DNA of 64,000 nucleotides. Origin: Raillietiella orientalis (Eukaryota). A program made the translations under genes and the position numbers. Under the pieces are notes generated by a model, which saw nothing but the letters and a program-made list of their open reading frames with translations, was not told the origin of the DNA and made no database searches. The stretch is taken from assembly GCA_036172245.1 (NCBI GenBank), contig JAYWIR010000032.1, forward strand, positions 1,116,001 through 1,180,000, written 5' to 3'. Shown here in pieces: positions 61,701 to 64,000 of this stretch; the first letter of the stretch is position 1; every line of letters begins with the position of its first letter.

Positions 61701-61706
61701 ATGTAA
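40727..61706 (+). CDS. CG9095: CG9095-like (furrowed-related) sushi/FTP/C-type lectin transmembrane protein, 12 coding exons, 779 aa
   Basis: Exons 40727-40769, 46989-47168, 47475-47690, 47735-47952, 48001-48212, 50365-50570, 55287-55463, 55514-55699, 55757-55939, 55995-56216, 56274-56355 and 61292-61706 join through GT-AG introns with consistent phases into one 2340-nt frame. Motifs such as CDRGFELLGP, VLNVAAGK, WWYVNLLEPYM, GNNRPDL, NPALQGFLSWELW, CARFDG.QGWLWSDTDC, RLNL..VIAL.VFGG and RAWDNL match Drosophila CG9095 as I recall it. Only three post-lectin sushi domains are present, which favours CG9095 over furrowed. The symbol is an inferred orthology. Confidence 0.92.
46989..47168 (+). CDS. 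CG9095: exon 2, first sushi/CCP domain
   Basis: Reads FGCGYPGSPINCRIEFSTEEIIPGTVATYICDRGFELLGPNVRICNENGTWNPAGVPFC. T-rich tract then ttgag acceptor; donor gtaagt. Confidence 0.9.
47475..47690 (+). CDS. CG9095: exon 3, FTP/fucolectin-like domain, N-terminal part
   Basis: LNVAAGKASMQSS...IDGSTS...WWYVNLLEPYMIKLVRIDFGTPCCD; acceptor ttccag, donor gtaggt. Confidence 0.93.
47735..47952 (+). CDS. CG9095: exon 4, FTP domain, C-terminal part
   Basis: GKMASIVVRIGNNRPDLSNNPICNRF...LSLCEVFVYTDK; acceptor ttccag, donor gtaagg. Confidence 0.93.
48001..48212 (+). CDS. CG9095: exon 5, C-type lectin, N-terminal half
   Basis: ALPIESCPTFRDQPPGSTATYRGKCYTFYNQQPLPFVEALEFCSQRGGSLIDETNPALQGFLSWELWRKH; acceptor ttcag, donor gtgagt. 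Confidence 0.93.
48610..49930. other. AT-rich low-complexity island 2 (in intron 5)
   Basis: About 1.3 kb of TA-rich sequence with sharp borders and an embedded, more complex segment near 49040-49210. Confidence 0.9.
50365..50570 (+). CDS. CG9095: exon 6, C-type lectin, C-terminal half
   Basis: TDSNGQYWMGAIRD...WRWVNG...NCARFDGTQGWLWSDTDCDTSLFFICQH; acceptor tttcag, donor gtgggt. Confidence 0.93.
52400..53160 (+). mobile_element. R1 repeat copy in intron 6
   Basis: The blocks gcgggttccaatcc, tgtgaaaatgga, ctctccagagtg.cagaagcgcgctgctccctt and aacagggagcgg are shared with other R1 copies. Confidence 0.7.
53750..54765 (+). repeat. pair of ~87-bp direct repeats (53750-53836 and 54678-54765)
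   Basis: gaaccc.cgagaaaatcgataaccatgg.gac...agccggtaac..tggcaac.g.tgcttcgagaa occurs twice, 928 bp apart. Confidence 0.8.
55287..55463 (+). CDS. CG9095: exon 7, sushi domain 2
   Basis: CGFPEQPVNSS...VKYSCDPGHVLVGLSERTCLQNGFFDGIAPTCN; long pyrimidine tract then ccag, donor gtaagt. Confidence 0.93.
55514..55699 (+). CDS. CG9095: exon 8, sushi domain 3
   Basis: CPDPVPPPNGYY...FSCDDGFTLSGDSELVCGVSGRWGGGQAPTCE; acceptor cccag, donor gtaatg. Confidence 0.9.
55757..55939 (+). CDS. CG9095: exon 9, sushi domain 4
   Basis: IRCPEPEPIENGYF...VQYSCKDPLHRLIGHDKIVCQRDGTYNMPPPVCL; acceptor ccgcag, donor gtgaac. Confidence 0.9.
55995..56216 (+). CDS. CG9095: exon 10, stalk region ending in RLNL
   Basis: Acceptor ttccag, phase 1; S/T/P-rich stalk; donor G|gtacgt. 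Confidence 0.82.
56274..56355 (+). CDS. CG9095: exon 11, transmembrane helix
   Basis: SVIALSVFGGILLLVATLATVVLLVKR; acceptor cctcag, donor AG|gtgagt. Confidence 0.88.
58400..58954 (+). mobile_element. decayed LINE C-terminal fragment of a different family (intron 11)
   Basis: EGVQHACDVL and LLRGL...LYMWTFKYVVRKKN resemble the Tx1/L1 C-terminus (E...H.f..C; ky.iWk.RN). Confidence 0.4.
61292..61706 (+). CDS. CG9095: exon 12, cytoplasmic tail with poly-His run
   Basis: Acceptor ttccag, phase 2. Reads NSCYRR...LNGFYRRAWDNL...RDEDEMVV...KRHQHYHHHHHHH...YDM then TAA, resembling the CG9095 tail as recalled. Confidence 0.88.
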
Positions 61707-62299
61707 CCGCCGCCTTCGTCCCGCCCGCTCCCCCTCTTCCAACGAAGGGAAGCACCCAAGCCAATAACGGGGGAAGGAGAGAGAAGGGAGGCATCGGCAA
61801 GGGAAGGAGGAGGAGGAGGAGATTGTCTGTGATCGCGAAGAAGTGGCGAGGATCCCTACCCCGAGAGACGCTTGCGTTCTCCTTAGAGAAGAATTCGGGG
61901 CGACCTACATGGTGACCCCGCCTTCGTCACCTTCGCCGCTTCCAGAGCGGCCCACTTTTGCAGCCTCCCACCCCTCACCCCTCTACCCCCCATTCACATG
62001 AGTCTGGACCCTCCTCCCCTCGTGAGATCCTCCCGGAAGAGGAGACAGGAAACGAAAATGGAATAGAAGGGGAGGCTGAGCGGGCCCCTCTCTTTTCCCG
62101 AAGGCCCGGGAATCGTGAGAAGGATGGAGTCCGACCCTTCCCGAATTCCCGGCGCCGCGAGTCATCAGCCTCCCTCAGATCGGCACACTCCTCAGAGGAG
62201 CGAGGACGGACACTCCGGCGGCCGATCACGTTCGCTTGTTTTCGTGACCAGGGGACGAAAGTAAAAGGTCAGAGTGCACCCGAGAGCGCTGTCGGCAGG

Positions 62300-63900
62300 G
62301 AGGTGGAAGGGAGGGCGTCGGGTGGAAACCGTTGCCCGCAGGAGAAGCTCCTGGAGTTCAGGGAACGCCCCCGAGCGCTTCTGGGATCGCCACCCGGCCC
62401 GCCTAATCTCCCTTTTCCCCCTCTGGGGTCACAAAAGGGGGCGGGAGAGAGGACCCACCCCTCGGGACAGGGAGGAACGCTTCCTACCCGCCCCGTTTCC
62501 TGCCCTCTTTCGGCGGAAAGGGCGACCTCTCGCTGCGGTCTGACCGGCGGTGCAGCCAGCGGCGTTTTCCAGCCCTGTCTCCTCCATCCGTTCCTGAGAG
62601 GGGGTCGTTGCCCCCTGGAGGCCTCCCGAGTGTCGTCTCTTCCCTGGTTCGTCGCCCAACCGCTTCCTTGCCGGAGGGAGGGACCAGCCTCTTTCGGAAG
62701 AGCGTCGCACCAGGCGACGGCGGGGTTGCTGCGGCGGGCAGAAGGGGGCAAAGGGAGAGCGCTCTCCTCCAGCGACTCCTCCGTGCTCCTTCCCGAGAAG
62801 CACCCGGGAGGGGAGAGACACCTCTTTCAGGCGATGCTGCCCTCGGAGCCATTGGTCATCTCCACGGCTCCTCCTCCAAGTCTGGATGGCACGATCTCAG
62901 GGGGGGGCGCCTCGAAGGAAGACCTCCGGCGGAAGGAAGCTCGGGGGAGCCCCCGCAGAGGTCGGCGCCCCTCGCCAGCGACTTCCCGCTGCCTACCGGT
63001 GGCGGATAGATGCCTCCTCCTCCGGGAAAGCGAGGAGCCGCGCGCCTTCGTTCCGGGCGGTCCAGCACAGGAAGGGGCGCGTTTCCAGGAGACAGGTCTT
63101 CGAAAAACGGTCCGGAGGAAGAAGAGCTTGGCGAGGCTGCTTCCAACACCGCCACCACCCGCGATGGATGGCTCCGGCGTTGTGCGCATGAGCCTCTGCT
63201 GCAGCAGCGTGCGCCAACTGCCTGCAGGAGCACGCTGGAGGCCACGAGGGACGCAACCCGCGAAGGGCATAGAGAGCGCGCGACGGACAGAGGAGCTCAG
63301 GCTTGCCTCCAGGCACACGCGGTCCCCAGTTCACGGGGCACGGACCTCGACGCAGACGCCCCGCCTGGACACCGTCGACGGCAGTAGTGAGTGACGCGCT
63401 GCTGGCAGCCTCAGCTGGGTGAAGGAGGACGTCCCAAAGAGGAGGTCGCCCTTGCGGGTCATCACGGAGACCCCCCAGAGCGCTGTATCCGGGAGCGCTC
63501 AACGAGGAGTATCCAGGAGGAGGGAGGCCAGCCCTCTAAGGGCCGCCGATACGCCGAACGGCAGCTAGGAGGTGTCCGGAGCCGGGGATGTCGGGAACGT
63601 GGACCAGCGGGAGGATGAGGCAGTAGTCCGGGAGGGCTCCGGAGTCCCTGCCAAGACGTGGGACAGTTTCTTCCTCACAGGCGGAGCGCTCAGCACAAGC
63701 GCGCTGGCGAGTGAGCCCGAATTCTCAGAAGCAGCAGTAGCAGCGCTGCCGAGGTCAAGAAAAAAAGCCTCAGAGGGTCGCCCTGCCCCCCCCCCCCCAT
63801 CTGCACCGCGGGCATGCCCACGGTAGCGCACCTCGCGACGCGCTTGGCTCAGTCCGAAACGACGAGAGGCTGCTGAGGAAACGCCAGGTGACCGGGAAGC
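62300..63900 (+). mobile_element. highly decayed LINE ORF2 downstream of the gene
   Basis: LRGGRCPL, EKHPG and PAMDGSGVV sit at the positions of QGCPL, KYLG and P..GGLG; weak match. Confidence 0.3.
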
Positions 63901-64000
63901 TGCGGAGAGCAGGCTCCGGCACGGGCAGGAGACGGCGTGAAAGCACCAGAAGTCCGCCTTCCCCCCTCCCTCTCCCCGCTACCATCCCTTCCGTTCAGAG

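Noticed and set aside
40727..61706. Calling the gene furrowed (fw) or SVEP1
   Set aside because: It has only three sushi domains after the lectin and a TM/tail matching CG9095 as recalled; no vWA, EGF or pentraxin domains are present.

Overview
Eukaryotic (most likely arthropod) genomic DNA, GC-rich by eye, with no prokaryotic genes, CRISPR array or intact RNA gene. One clearly real host gene is present. It is a 12-exon, + strand gene (ATG 40727 to TAA 61706; spliced CDS 2340 nt, 779 aa) encoding a type I membrane protein: signal peptide, sushi/CCP, FTP (fucolectin-like) domain, C-type lectin, three more sushi domains, stalk, TM helix and a His-rich tail. This matches Drosophila CG9095 as I recall it (furrowed-related family). 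Six of its introns are only 44-57 nt. The first ~36 kb and the large introns are dominated by decayed non-LTR retrotransposons (L1/Tx1-like endonuclease, RT and C-terminal zinc-finger remnants, often nested), plus one decayed Ty3/gypsy-like integrase, minisatellites and two sharply bounded AT-rich islands. Almost all ORFs in the supplied track are GC-driven artefacts. I found no convincing novel multi-gene system. The best leads are a LINE family lacking a poly(A) tail but with a conserved 3' motif, nested insertions with TSDs, a possible RT-less deleted LINE, AT islands with shared inverted border motifs, mini-introns, and a candidate orphan gene near 24.5 kb. Transposon boundaries are approximate and all protein similarities are motif recognition by eye, not search results.
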